Shown: piece by piece, positions 9,626-19,352 of the stretch
Layout of the letters: every line of letters begins with the position of its first letter
Position numbering within the stretch: the stretch's first letter is position 1
NCBI GenBank assembly: GCA_002011815.1
Contig: MTOV01000004.1
Span: 115,514 to 179,513, forward strand
Source: Nitrospirae bacterium JdFR-86
Lineage (GTDB): Bacteria > Nitrospirota > Thermodesulfovibrionia > Thermodesulfovibrionales > JdFR-86
Direction: 5' to 3'
DNA: 64,000 nt
Program-made: the position numbers and the translations under genes
Notes under the pieces: generated by a model
Seen by the model: the letters and a program-made list of their open reading frames with translations, nothing else
Told to the model about the DNA's origin: nothing
Database searches by the model: none

Positions 9626-11578
9626 TCAACTCTCTATAGGAAGGATAACAGTAAATTTGCTTCCCTTGCCTTCTTCGCTTTCCACTTCTATTCTGCCCTT
9701 GTGGCTCTGGATTATCTTATAGCTTACTGACAGCCCAAGCCCTGTGCCGCGTTCTTTCTTAGTGCTGAAGAACGGCTCAAATATCCTTGGCATTATCTCT
9801 TTCGGTATGCCCTTGCCCGTATCCGAAATGGTCACATAGACATTGCCGTCTGCCGCATACGTGGATATGCCGAGCACACCTTTGTCCTGCATGGCAAAAA
9901 TAGCATTATTGATAATATTAAGAAACACCTGTTTCAGCTGGTTCTCGTCTCCTTTTATCTTTGGGATGTCACCAAAGCTCTCAGATATCTTTATCCGGGT
10001 ATCTTTTATCTGCAGTGAGATTAACTCAATTACGTCCTTAAGTATCTGGTTTATGTCTATTTCTTTTATTTCAAGCGGACGTTTTCTTGAAAACTCCAGA
10101 AGCTGGTGCACAATCTCTCTGGCTCTCAATGATTCTTTTTCTATAATATCTACATCCCTCATTATGCTCTCGAGGTCTGTCTCTTCTTTTATCAGTTCAG
10201 CGTATCCGAGGATGCTTGTCAGAGGATTGTTTATCTCATGAGCCACATTGGAGGCAAGCTCTCCGATGGCAACGAGCTTTGCTGCCTGCACGAGCTGTTC
10301 CTGAGCGTCCTGAAGTTCACGCATCTGTCTTCTAAGGTCATCGTAGAGTCTTGCATTTTCAAGGGCAACTGAAACGTTATTAGCCAGTATTGCCAGTGGC
10401 CGGACGTCCTCCTCAGTGAAGTCACCGGATATTTTATTTGCAACCCTTATAACACCTACAAGCTCTCCTTTGTGCCTGACCCACACGAGCATCAGGTTTC
10501 TTACATTAAGTTTTTTGTCAACCTCTGCAATCGGCGAAGCGTCAATGTTGTCGTTTAATATAAACGCCCTTCTTTTTGTGGGGTAATAAAGCTTCATAAC
10601 CGCATCTTTCGGGACTCTCAGAAGCTTTATATCCTCTTCGTCAAGCCCTACTGCCGGAGACATGTGGACGAAATAGTCGCCTTCAGGAAGCATGAGTCCG
10701 CACTGCTCAGCGCCTACCAGGTCAGCCACACCGTAAGCAAGCTCCCGGTATATGTCAGTTTTGTTTGTTATCGCGTGGAACGTCAGTGTAACGCTGTAGA
10801 GGTTCGCCAGACTGTGCAGATGCCTCATTATCTCCTGATTACTCTCGCTTAACGAGCGGCTCATGTCGTTAAAGGACTCTATAAGCTCTCCAAACTCGCC
10901 CTTCCCTTTGTAAGAAGTCGTGTATCCGAGTTCGCCGGCTTTTATCCTTCTGGTAGCGTCAACAAGCTCAAATATCGGTTCGGTAATCTGTCTTGTCATG
11001 GTTATGGCTATGGCAAGAGCTATAAAAAAAGAAAGCACCAGTGTTACTATCAGTATTACCCTGGAATTGTTAATCTCTTTTATGGCGTTGACTGTCCTCT
11101 CGTTAAGCTTCTGACCTGCTATGAAAGCCATCTCCTGCGTCTTCTTAAGCAACGTAGTGCCTATACCGATAGCGACTGTTCTGAGCCTTTCTATCCTCTC
11201 TTTATTGGCAGAAGTCGTTATGAGGTAACTCAGGGCATCCTTGTACTGCTCGACGATATTGACTACTTCGGTAAGCTTCTCTGTTATCTCTTCAGTATGA
11301 TGACAGCTCAGACATTTATGAGCCGATTCATCAAGGTCTATGACGTTTTCGACTATTACATCAAGTTCCTGACCAAAGACCGTGCCGAAAGTGTAAAGAT
11401 GTGTCTGAACAGTCTGGGCATTAATGACAAGGTCTTGTCGTATTATCTCCACTCTGTGAAGATTTATAACCGATTCCAGGTCAGACGTTGTCTTATAGAG
11501 ATAAAGCATCGTAATCCCTGCTCCTAGGAAGAACAGGGCGAACAGACTAAAAAGCGAATATATGAGTTTGTTCCTCAT
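9626..11578 (-). CDS. Sensor histidine kinase (periplasmic helical domain with CxxCH, HAMP, GAF, HisKA, HATPase_c)
   Basis: Two TM helices flank a ~150 aa periplasmic segment containing AHKCLSCHH. H-box LASNVAHEINNPL; ATPase motifs NNAIFAM, DTGKGIP, GTGLGLSVS. Confidence 0.85.
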   Translation of the reverse strand: MRNKLIYSLFSLFALFFLGAGITMLYLYKTTSDLESVINLHRVEIIRQDLVINAQTVQTHLYTFGTVFGQELDVIVENVIDLDESAHKCLSCHHTEEITEKLTEVVNIVEQYKDALSYLITTSANKERIERLRTVAIGIGTTLLKKTQEMAFIAGQKLNERTVNAIKEINNSRVILIVTLVLSFFIALAIAITMTRQITEPIFELVDATRRIKAGELGYTTSYKGKGEFGELIESFNDMSRSLSESNQEIMRHLHSLANLYSVTLTFHAITNKTDIYRELAYGVADLVGAEQCGLMLPEGDYFVHMSPAVGLDEEDIKLLRVPKDAVMKLYYPTKRRAFILNDNIDASPIAEVDKKLNVRNLMLVWVRHKGELVGVIRVANKISGDFTEEDVRPLAILANNVSVALENARLYDDLRRQMRELQDAQEQLVQAAKLVAIGELASNVAHEINNPLTSILGYAELIKEETDLESIMRDVDIIEKESLRAREIVHQLLEFSRKRPLEIKEIDINQILKDVIELISLQIKDTRIKISESFGDIPKIKGDENQLKQVFLNIINNAIFAMQDKGVLGISTYAADGNVYVTISDTGKGIPKEIMPRIFEPFFSTKKERGTGLGLSVSYKIIQSHKGRIEVESEEGKGSKFTVILPIES

Positions 11579-12468
11579 TTATATTTATATTCTTTTATGT
11601 TTATTCCTGCCTTTCTTGCCAGTTCTCTGACTACTCTGAAGTCTTCCCTGCTGGCTTCAACAAATCTTAACGCTCCAAGCGTTTTCAAGACCTCTTTCCC
11701 CTCTGGATCTTTGTCGAGAAAGAGAAGCGCCTCCTTAAGTTTTTGCACCAGTTCCGGAGGAACATTACTTCTGACGCAGAGTGTAGTGTCAGGCAACCTT
11801 ATGGACTCAGTGATTATAAGTATTTCTTCTTTTATCAACGGGTCTTTTCTGCTGAGTCTATCCAGTATCCTGCCTTTTGCAACCCCTATATCAGCTCTTC
11901 CGTCCAGCACGGCATACACAGCAGAGTCATGACTGCCTGTAAAATAATATTCGCTGAAATAGGTGTCTAAATCACCTATGCCATGCTCTTTCAGAAAAGC
12001 AAGAGCAAACACATAGCCTGTTGCAGTTGCTCTGTCAACAAAGGCAACTCTTTTGTTCTTCATATCTGCAAGAGACCTTATACCACTGTCTCTCCTGACG
12101 AACATATATCCCCGTGCAGTAGTGCTTCCGTCAAGGTTCACCTGTCTTACAATAGGAATGACTCCGAGCTTTTCCTGTGCAAGAACCGCAGTGAAGATCC
12201 CGAAAAACGCACCGTCCATATTTCTTGAGACAAACCTGTCAACTATATCGCCGTATCTGCTGAGAATCGTAAACCTGACTTTCATGTCAAGTTTCTTAGA
12301 TAGATATTCCGCAAGGGGCATGTGTCTTTGTATCTGTCTGAAGATATTCTCCTCTGGTATGAGTCCGATAAGGAATTCCTCCTCCGCACTGCCTTTACAG
12401 GGAAAGGCAAGCACTGCGATGAGCAGCACAAGCCCTATAAATCCGGCTATGAAGCTTTTTCCTGTCAA
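11575..12468 (-). CDS. PhnD-like periplasmic substrate-binding protein (phosphonate/phosphite ABC-type SBP fold)
   Basis: 297 aa with a signal peptide and PhnD-like pattern (LIGLIPEEN..RVAFVDRATATGY..). It overlaps the kinase start by 4 nt. Confidence 0.65.
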   Translation of the reverse strand: MTGKSFIAGFIGLVLLIAVLAFPCKGSAEEEFLIGLIPEENIFRQIQRHMPLAEYLSKKLDMKVRFTILSRYGDIVDRFVSRNMDGAFFGIFTAVLAQEKLGVIPIVRQVNLDGSTTARGYMFVRRDSGIRSLADMKNKRVAFVDRATATGYVFALAFLKEHGIGDLDTYFSEYYFTGSHDSAVYAVLDGRADIGVAKGRILDRLSRKDPLIKEEILIITESIRLPDTTLCVRSNVPPELVQKLKEALLFLDKDPEGKEVLKTLGALRFVEASREDFRVVRELARKAGINIKEYKYK

Positions 12469-13400
12469 TATATTATCCTCGTTGCCTCTGTCACAAGATC
12501 CATTGATATTCTGATGCCCAGATGATGGGCATCCTTCATGTTAAATATCAACTCTATATTCTTTGAGCAGGTAGCAGGGATGTCTCTTATTGGAACGCCC
12601 TTTAAGAACTCTATCAGTTTTTCAGCTGCAACCCGTCCCTGCTCCTCAGGCTGGGAAGAAAGCACTATGGTAGCGCTTAACCCGTCATATTGAATCAGCG
12701 AAGCTGTTGGTATTTTTCTGCTTCCGGCAATGTGCAGAATCGTAGGGAAAACACTATTGACTATGGAAGAAGACGTTATAAAAAAAGCACTGACATCGAT
12801 ATTAGAAAGCATTCCAGCTATATCAACAGGTCTTCTGAGGTTAAGCGGTGTTACGGCAAAGCCGTATTTTTTGGAGAGTTTTTTGACCTCGAAGAGCTGG
12901 TATCTTGAATCTTCCTCCATGCTTGAGTAAATGACACCGAGCTTTTTTATTGTGGTGGATGCCCTGAGATACCTCACAAGACTGGAAATCGGATATCTCG
13001 AACATACACCTGTTACATTCTTTGCCTTGATTTTGGATACCAGTGGTTCGTATACACCTGCGTATATAATCGGAATATCAGCCTTTTCCCTGATGGCTGA
13101 GAACGTTACCGGTGCGCCATAAGTCACCATGACGTCAACGTCTGCTGCTATGAGTTTTCTTGCGGCATTGCTCCATGCAATAGGGTCAGGATATGGTCTC
13201 TGGATTATGAATTTCAGTCTATTTTTATAGCCCTTCTTCGCAAGATACGACTGGAATTCCTTAAAGGCTTTTTCATGAGAATACACACCATGGGTAACAA
13301 TAACCCCTACTGTCTCTGCACTGGTGTCTTTTACATAAACGGTAAAAAACACCACAATGCATACGGCAATAATGAGTAGCTTGCGTAAAAGCACAGACAT
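12465..13400 (-). CDS. ABC-type substrate-binding protein (ABC_sub_bind-like)
   Basis: 311 aa with a signal peptide and a periplasmic binding-protein pattern. 4-nt overlap with the next gene. No permease or ATPase genes in the operon. Confidence 0.6.
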   Translation of the reverse strand: MSVLLRKLLIIAVCIVVFFTVYVKDTSAETVGVIVTHGVYSHEKAFKEFQSYLAKKGYKNRLKFIIQRPYPDPIAWSNAARKLIAADVDVMVTYGAPVTFSAIREKADIPIIYAGVYEPLVSKIKAKNVTGVCSRYPISSLVRYLRASTTIKKLGVIYSSMEEDSRYQLFEVKKLSKKYGFAVTPLNLRRPVDIAGMLSNIDVSAFFITSSSIVNSVFPTILHIAGSRKIPTASLIQYDGLSATIVLSSQPEEQGRVAAEKLIEFLKGVPIRDIPATCSKNIELIFNMKDAHHLGIRISMDLVTEATRIIY

Positions 13401-13480
13401 TAATCTCTCCGCTTTATGATAACCCCCATACCCCCAGAAGATTATAACTTAAAACAGGATAAAATGCATGTTTACACACT

Positions 13481-14962
13481 TCAGGCGCTAACCAGAGTCA
13501 ACGTTCTAATAAGTGCCTCAGCTTTCTTCAATGACTCATGATACTCCCTTAGAGGGTCTGAGTCTGCGACTATGCCGGCACCTGCCTGCACATAAGCCAT
13601 TTCGTTCTTTATAGTGAATGACCTTATGATTATATTCAGATCAACATTGCCTGAAAAACTTATATAGCCCATAGAGCCTGTATAAGGTCCCCGCCTGACA
13701 GGTTCGAGTTCATCGATTATCTCCATGCACCTGACCTTGGGAACACCTGTAATCGTGCCGCCGGGAAATACGGCTTTTATTGAGTCAAGCGGTGTCCTTC
13801 CAGCGTTTAATCTTCCCTTGATGTTCGAGACTATATGTATAACATGGGAGTAATCCTCAGTAATCATCAACTCATCCACCTCAATAGTACCGTAATCGCA
13901 CACCCTGCCGATATCGTTTCTTTCAAGGTCTATGAGCATTATATGCTCTGCCCGTTCCTTGTCATTAAGCAGGAGCTCAGCACGCATTAAATTATCTTCT
14001 TCCTGATTCTTGCCTCTTGGTCTTGTGCCGGCAATCGGTCTGGTCTCCACAATTCTGTCCCTTACAAGAAGCAGTCTTTCCGGCGATGAACTCACAATTA
14101 AATAGTCACCGAAGTCCACAAAACCTGCAAACGGAGAAGGATTTATTTTTCTCAATACTGTATAAAGATTCCACGGTTTTAGCCCCCCTATAAATGCCGA
14201 GACCCTCAGGGAAATGTTCGCCTGAAATATATCTCCAGCGGCAATGTATTCTTTTGTCCGCCTGACCATTTCTGTATAGCCCTTCTCAGTCATCTCATGA
14301 AACACTTCTATCTTTGACTTATAAGAAGCAGAAGCGTTCAGGTCTTCCCTAGGATGCACTGACTTCTGAATCTCTGCTATCTCGTGCTCTGCCCTGTCGA
14401 ACTCCTCTGACCAGTCGGAAGAACCCGTGCTTCTTGCACCAGGGCAAAGAATAATCCATGTCTTCTTCTTTAGATGGTCAAAGGCTATAAGTTTGTCTAT
14501 CAGGAAGAAGTGCGCATCAGGGATTTTCAGGTCATCTACAGCAGTGGCAGGGACACGCTCAAGATACCTGACAAAGTCATAGCTTAAAAGCCCTGCTGCC
14601 CCTCCTTGAAACGGCGGCAGGTTATCAGCCGGCATTTGCCTATACCCTGAAAGAATTCCGCCCAATACCTTCAGGGGGTCTGCCGATAATATCCTGTCCC
14701 TGCCTTGTGAGCTAAGCTCTATGACACCATCTTTGACCTTAAAAATCAGATACGGGTCGAAACCGATAAAAGAATAACGTGCAATCTTATACGGACCTTT
14801 TACACTCTCAAAGAGAAAGCTCCCTGCACCTGAAAAATTAGGATACAGTGAGGCAGCAGATGTATAAGGCACTTCGGCATAAAGAGGTGGTATACACCCG
14901 CACTTTACTTTATCTAAAAAAACCTTTTTACTGATAGACAAGCGGGAAGATATGCCTAACAT
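13481..14962 (-). CDS. Chorismate-utilising enzyme, anthranilate / aminodeoxychorismate synthase component I
   Basis: 493 aa with C-terminal chorismate-binding motifs: GDIFQANIS, PFAGF, SSSPERLL, AGTRPRG, FPGGTITGVPKVR, RGPYTGSMGY, GAGIVADSDP. Confidence 0.85.
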   Translation of the reverse strand: MLGISSRLSISKKVFLDKVKCGCIPPLYAEVPYTSAASLYPNFSGAGSFLFESVKGPYKIARYSFIGFDPYLIFKVKDGVIELSSQGRDRILSADPLKVLGGILSGYRQMPADNLPPFQGGAAGLLSYDFVRYLERVPATAVDDLKIPDAHFFLIDKLIAFDHLKKKTWIILCPGARSTGSSDWSEEFDRAEHEIAEIQKSVHPREDLNASASYKSKIEVFHEMTEKGYTEMVRRTKEYIAAGDIFQANISLRVSAFIGGLKPWNLYTVLRKINPSPFAGFVDFGDYLIVSSSPERLLLVRDRIVETRPIAGTRPRGKNQEEDNLMRAELLLNDKERAEHIMLIDLERNDIGRVCDYGTIEVDELMITEDYSHVIHIVSNIKGRLNAGRTPLDSIKAVFPGGTITGVPKVRCMEIIDELEPVRRGPYTGSMGYISFSGNVDLNIIIRSFTIKNEMAYVQAGAGIVADSDPLREYHESLKKAEALIRTLTLVSA

Positions 14963-14972
14963 TCAGCCCAAC

Positions 14973-15692
14973 CTACTTGGCCGTTAACATTTCTATTGTT
15001 ATAAGGTCAAGTGCCTTAAGTGGATCAGGCTGGCTGAGTATAGACCTTCCGATGACGAGATAATCTGCTCCTTCTCTGATTGCTTCTCTCGGAGTCATTG
15101 TTCTTTTCTGGTCATCAGGAGGTCTCCATGAGGGTCTTATGCCCGGGGTCGCTATCAGGAAGTTTTTTCCACAGTAGTTTCTTATCATCGAGACCTCATG
15201 CCCTGAAGCTATAACTCCATCCAGTCCGGCTTTCATCGCCAGAGAGGACAACTGCCTGACATGAGTCCTCAGGCTGTGCTGAATTCCGAGTTCCTCTTTC
15301 AGAGTATTCTGCCCAAGACTTGTAAGCACAGTGACCCCCAGAATCTTTGGTCTGTTTAGGTTCTCCTTCAGGCAGAGCTCGACAACAGAGTCCCTGCACC
15401 TTCTCATAGCCTCAAATCCGCTTGAGGCGTGAATGTTGAACATGAATACACCGAGTCTTGTAGCGGCAATCGCTGCCCTTGCTACAGTGTTTGGAATATC
15501 GTGCAGTTTAAGGTCCAGGAAGACCTTTTTGCCCCTGTCCTGTATGCTCCGGACTACAGAAGGTCCTGCGGACGAGAACAACTCAAGTCCGACTTTAAAT
15601 ATCTCGATATGGTCGCTGAACCTGTCAACAAGTTCCAGAGCATAATCAGCATCACTGACATCAAGTGCCAGAATAATTCTTTCCTTTGACAC
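14973..15692 (-). CDS. pyrF: Orotidine 5'-phosphate decarboxylase
   Basis: ILALDV..FKVG..VFLDLKLHDIPNTV..PGIR are the PyrF motifs. Confidence 0.9.
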   Translation of the reverse strand: MSKERIILALDVSDADYALELVDRFSDHIEIFKVGLELFSSAGPSVVRSIQDRGKKVFLDLKLHDIPNTVARAAIAATRLGVFMFNIHASSGFEAMRRCRDSVVELCLKENLNRPKILGVTVLTSLGQNTLKEELGIQHSLRTHVRQLSSLAMKAGLDGVIASGHEVSMIRNYCGKNFLIATPGIRPSWRPPDDQKRTMTPREAIREGADYLVIGRSILSQPDPLKALDLITIEMLTAK

Positions 15693-16240
15693 TATGCCCT
15701 CGGAAGCACTATCCCCTTCTGCGCCTGATACTTCCCTGAGCGGTCAGCATAGGAGGTCTCACATACTTCTTCTGCTCCAAGAAATATCAACTGGGCTATG
15801 CCTTCATTGGCATAGACCTTTGCAGGCAAGGGGGTTGTATTGGACACTGCAATGGTTACATACCCTTCCCATTCAGGCTCAAGCGGTGTTATATTGACGA
15901 GTATGCCACACCTTGCATACGTGGACTTTCCAAAACATATCACGATGACATCCCTCGGAATCCGGAAATACTCCACCGACCTTCCGAGAATAAAAGAGTT
16001 TGGCGGTATAATGCATACATCCCCTTTGAAATCCACAAAGTTCTGCGGGTCAAACTTTTTAGGGTCCACTGTCCCTGCCTTGTCTGCATTGAATATCTTG
16101 AACTCATTGGAGATTCTCATATCATACCCGTAAGAGCCTACTCCAGAAGAAATCACACCTTCTGTCCGCAGAGCCTCGTTGAAGGGTTCAATCATGCCTT
16201 TTGCAGCCATTTGTCTGATCCAGCGGTCGTTTTTAAGCAT
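15692..16240 (-). CDS. dcd: dCTP deaminase
   Basis: 182 aa, [29 protein letters not shown] is the Dcd pattern. Confidence 0.9.
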   Translation of the reverse strand: MLKNDRWIRQMAAKGMIEPFNEALRTEGVISSGVGSYGYDMRISNEFKIFNADKAGTVDPKKFDPQNFVDFKGDVCIIPPNSFILGRSVEYFRIPRDVIVICFGKSTYARCGILVNITPLEPEWEGYVTIAVSNTTPLPAKVYANEGIAQLIFLGAEEVCETSYADRSGKYQAQKGIVLPRA

Positions 16241-16367
16241 TTAAAAGACTAACATAATACGCAGTTTTATGACAAGAACCGGAGAATTTTTTCATTGCCC
16301 TTAACAGTACATTTTTGTTATAAAATAAATGTAAAGGGTTGGACAGATGTGCCTGCCCTGTTTGTGA

Positions 16368-16536
16368 CAGGTGAATAATGTTGATCCAGCAAATTAGATC
16401 TATAGGGAGCCTGCGTAAGGAGTACGGTGTGCATGTCTTCTGTAAAAGAAGAAAGCCTAAAGGCTCCTTCAGGGCACCCACCTGTTGGAAGGGCGGATCT
16501 AATTACTCACCTGCACGGCAGGGTGGGTTTTGATTT
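16368..16536 (+). promoter_or_regulatory. Candidate structured leader or small RNA with mutually exclusive helices, ending in a terminator-like hairpin plus U-run
   Basis: Hand-found pairings: CAGGTGAATAAT (16368-16379) with ATTACTCACCTG (16502-16513); AATTAGATC (16392-16400) with GATCTAATT (16496-16504); GGAGCCT with AGGCTCC (16406-16412 / 16461-16467). Hairpin CACCTGC-acg-GCAGGGTG (16508-16525) is followed by GGTTTTGATTT. The CACCTG segment is shared by two alternative helices. Confidence 0.35.
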
Positions 16537-16547
16537 AAGGAGTTATT

Positions 16548-16664
16548 ATGGCTTTACCGTTTACGTTAAAAAATAAAGTCACGATGGTAAAAAAGGGTTT
16601 TAACCCTTGCAGCATAAACTGCTCTAAAACTTACCATAAAACTTTAAAAAACAAACGCCTATAA
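16548..16664 (+). CDS. Candidate 38-aa lysine-rich small protein (below the ORF-track cutoff)
   Basis: An AAGGAG Shine-Dalgarno lies 7 nt upstream of the ATG. Reads MALPFTLKNKVTMVKKGFNPCSINCSKTYHKTLKNKRL*. There is no other support. Confidence 0.3.
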   Translation: MALPFTLKNKVTMVKKGFNPCSINCSKTYHKTLKNKRL

Positions 16665-16724
16665 CTCCATCCCTATTTCTCTGTCCAACTCCTTAGTATA
16701 AATACATTAAGGAGGAACAGCCCG

Positions 16725-18287
16725 ATGACAGAGGTCGGATATCTATTGATTGCCATCGGTGTCGGCATAGCCTTAGGTCTCGTATTGAGTCTGGCGTACA
16801 GGCAGTCGCTAAAGGCAAAGTGGGCTTCTCTTGAAAAACAAAAAGAAGAAATCATAAAGGAGGCAGAGAAGGCAGCAGCGGCAATCAAAAGGGAAGCTCA
16901 TATCGAGGCAAAGGATGTAGTCTATCAGGCAAAATCAGAGGCGGAAAAAGAAATAAAAGAAAGACGGCAGGAACTGAACCATCTTGAAAGACGTCTGAGA
17001 CATAAAGACGAGATTCTCGAAAAGAAGATGGATCAGCTCGAAAGAAGAGAGCATGAGCTGAGCAGAAAAGAAAGGGAATTCAGTGCCAGGGAGCGCTCAA
17101 TACAGGAAAAAGAAAACCACTACAAGGAGCTCATCAAAGAGCAGAAAGCCGTGCTCGAAAGAATCTCCGGACTTAACTCCGAGGAAGCCAGACAGGAACT
17201 TCTAAAACGGGTGGAAGAGGAGTCCCGCTTTGAGGCGGCAAAGCTTGCAAAAAGAATAGAAGACGAGGCAAGAGAAATCGCCGACAAAAAGGCAAAAGAG
17301 ATTATAAGCCTCTCTGTTCAGCGCTACGCAAGCGACTATATCACAGACGCTACAGTAACTGCAGTAAGTCTTCCCAATGATGAAATGAAAGGAAGAATTA
17401 TAGGAAGGGAAGGCAGAAACATCAGGGCGCTTGAGGCTGCTACAGGGGTTGACCTTATCGTTGACGATACGCCAGAGCTCGTTACTCTATCGGCATTCGA
17501 CCCGGTAAGAAGAGAAATAGCAAGGCTTGCCCTCGAAAGATTAATCTCGGACGGAAGAATCCACCCTGCAAGAATAGAAGAAGTGGTGGAAAAGGTGAAA
17601 AAGGAAATAGAGGCAACCATTATCGAAGAGGGGGAAAAAGCAGTCTTTGACCTCGGGCTTTCAGGCATACACCCTGAACTCATAAAAACCCTCGGCAGGC
17701 TGAAATACAGGACATCCTACGGGCAGAACGTGCTCCAGCACTCAAGAGAAGTGGCGTTCCTTGCCGGTATGATGGCAAGCGAACTTGGCGTAGACCCCAA
17801 GACAGCCAAGCGTGCAGGACTGCTGCACGATATAGGAAAGGCAGTAGACCACGAGGTTGAAGGCTCGCATCAGGACATCGGCGCAAAAATCGCCAAGAAA
17901 TACGGAGAAAACGAAAAGGTAATAAACGCAATACTGGTTCACCACGGCGACGGAGAACCAACATCCATAGAGGCTGCACTTGTGGCTGCAGCAGATGCAC
18001 TGTCCGCAGCACGCCCGGGGGTAAGAAGCGAAAGCATCGAAAATTATCTCAAACGGCTTGAAAAACTCGAACAAATCGCTACTTCTTACGACGGTGTGGA
18101 AAAATGCTATGCAATACAGGCAGGCAGGGAGATCAGGATTATCGTCAAGCCTGACCATGTATCGGATGAAATGGCATGGACTATCTCAAAAGAACTGTCT
18201 AAAAAGATAGAATCCGAGATGACATATCCCGGACAGATAAAAGTGACGGTTATAAGAGAGTCCAGATACGTAGAGTATGCAAAATAA
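16725..18287 (+). CDS. rny: Ribonuclease Y
   Basis: N-terminal TM helix, long charged coiled coil, KH ([15 protein letters not shown]) and HD ([13 protein letters not shown]) domains. Confidence 0.95.
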   Translation: MTEVGYLLIAIGVGIALGLVLSLAYRQSLKAKWASLEKQKEEIIKEAEKAAAAIKREAHIEAKDVVYQAKSEAEKEIKERRQELNHLERRLRHKDEILEKKMDQLERREHELSRKEREFSARERSIQEKENHYKELIKEQKAVLERISGLNSEEARQELLKRVEEESRFEAAKLAKRIEDEAREIADKKAKEIISLSVQRYASDYITDATVTAVSLPNDEMKGRIIGREGRNIRALEAATGVDLIVDDTPELVTLSAFDPVRREIARLALERLISDGRIHPARIEEVVEKVKKEIEATIIEEGEKAVFDLGLSGIHPELIKTLGRLKYRTSYGQNVLQHSREVAFLAGMMASELGVDPKTAKRAGLLHDIGKAVDHEVEGSHQDIGAKIAKKYGENEKVINAILVHHGDGEPTSIEAALVAAADALSAARPGVRSESIENYLKRLEKLEQIATSYDGVEKCYAIQAGREIRIIVKPDHVSDEMAWTISKELSKKIESEMTYPGQIKVTVIRESRYVEYAK

Positions 18288-18295
18288 CTACTGTA

Positions 18296-19078
18296 ATGAA
18301 TGTTCTATTTATAGGAGACATCGTAGGGAAACCTGGCAGAACCGCACTCAAGGCGCTTCTGCCAGGACTTGTGGACAAATATAAAGTAGACCTCGTCGTA
18401 GTAAACGGTGAGAATGCAGCAGGCGGCTTCGGTATAACCGAAAACGTAGCCTCCGAGATATTCAGTCTCGGAGTCCACGTCATCACATCCGGAAACCATA
18501 TCTGGGATAAAAAAGAAGCCATCCCCTACCTTGCAAAGGAAGACAGAATACTAAGACCTGCTAATTACCCTCCTTCTGTGCCTGGACAAGGAAGCCTTGT
18601 TTATAAAACCCGTGACGGAATCAAAATCGCAGTGCTCAACCTGTCAGGCAGAATCTTCATGTCCCACATGGACTGCCCCTTCAGGACATCAGACAGAGAA
18701 ATCCAGAGACTTAAGGATATAACAAATATCATCATAGTGGACTTCCACGCTGAAGCCACATCAGAAAAACAGGCATTCGGATACTACCTGGACGGCAGGG
18801 TCAGTGCAGTCATAGGCACGCATACCCATGTCCAGACCGCTGACGAGAAAATCCTCTCCGGCGGAACAGCATACATAACAGACGTCGGCATGACAGGACC
18901 GGAAGATTCAGTAATAGGCGTGGAGAAAGAAACAGTGATAAACAGATTTCTCACCGGAATGCCTGCAAAATTTGAAGTTCCAAAAGGGACTTCAATCTTC
19001 TCGGCAGTAGTCATAGAAATAGACAAAGACACAGGAAAAGCATCTGCTATCCACAGGATTCAGCTTACTCATCCCTGA
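18296..19078 (+). CDS. ymdB: YmdB-family metallophosphoesterase (2',3'-cyclic-nucleotide phosphodiesterase-like)
   Basis: MNVLFIGDIVGKPGR..VVVNGENAAGGFGIT..DFHAEATSEK..GTHTHVQTADE, in the conserved position after rny. Confidence 0.85.
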   Translation: MNVLFIGDIVGKPGRTALKALLPGLVDKYKVDLVVVNGENAAGGFGITENVASEIFSLGVHVITSGNHIWDKKEAIPYLAKEDRILRPANYPPSVPGQGSLVYKTRDGIKIAVLNLSGRIFMSHMDCPFRTSDREIQRLKDITNIIIVDFHAEATSEKQAFGYYLDGRVSAVIGTHTHVQTADEKILSGGTAYITDVGMTGPEDSVIGVEKETVINRFLTGMPAKFEVPKGTSIFSAVVIEIDKDTGKASAIHRIQLTHP

Positions 19079-19119
19079 CATAATCTCTTTCAGAGAAATT
19101 CCCAAGCAGGCTTTAGTCT

Positions 19120-19284
19120 TTACAGTTTTTCAACTATCGCTTTCAATACCACTTCTTCTCTCTTAAGAGGCGGCTTTGTTTCATGACTTTCCGTCTTATA
19201 GATTTCCTCTCTGAGGTCTGATATATACACCTTAACGGCATGTTTAAGAATCTCCCTTTCCTCTTCTGTAAGCTCTATCATCAT
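19120..19284 (-). CDS. Candidate 54-aa acidic small protein downstream of the 12-haem cytochrome gene
   Basis: A GGAGGTGA Shine-Dalgarno lies 6 nt upstream of the ATG. Reads MMIELTEEEREILKHAVKVYISDLREEIYKTESHETKPPLKREEVVLKAIVEKL*. Same strand as the cytochrome gene, 68 nt after it. Confidence 0.45.
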   Translation of the reverse strand: MMIELTEEEREILKHAVKVYISDLREEIYKTESHETKPPLKREEVVLKAIVEKL

Positions 19285-19352
19285 AGTACTCACCTCCTAA
19301 AAAATGCTACTGCCAAATGCACAACACGTCAAGATTGTTTATCGCTCCGATG

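Noticed and set aside
16233-16481. 82-aa minus-strand ORF in the dcd-rny spacer
   Set aside because: It has no Shine-Dalgarno and an implausible sequence, and it overlaps the dcd start and the structured region. I treat it as non-coding.
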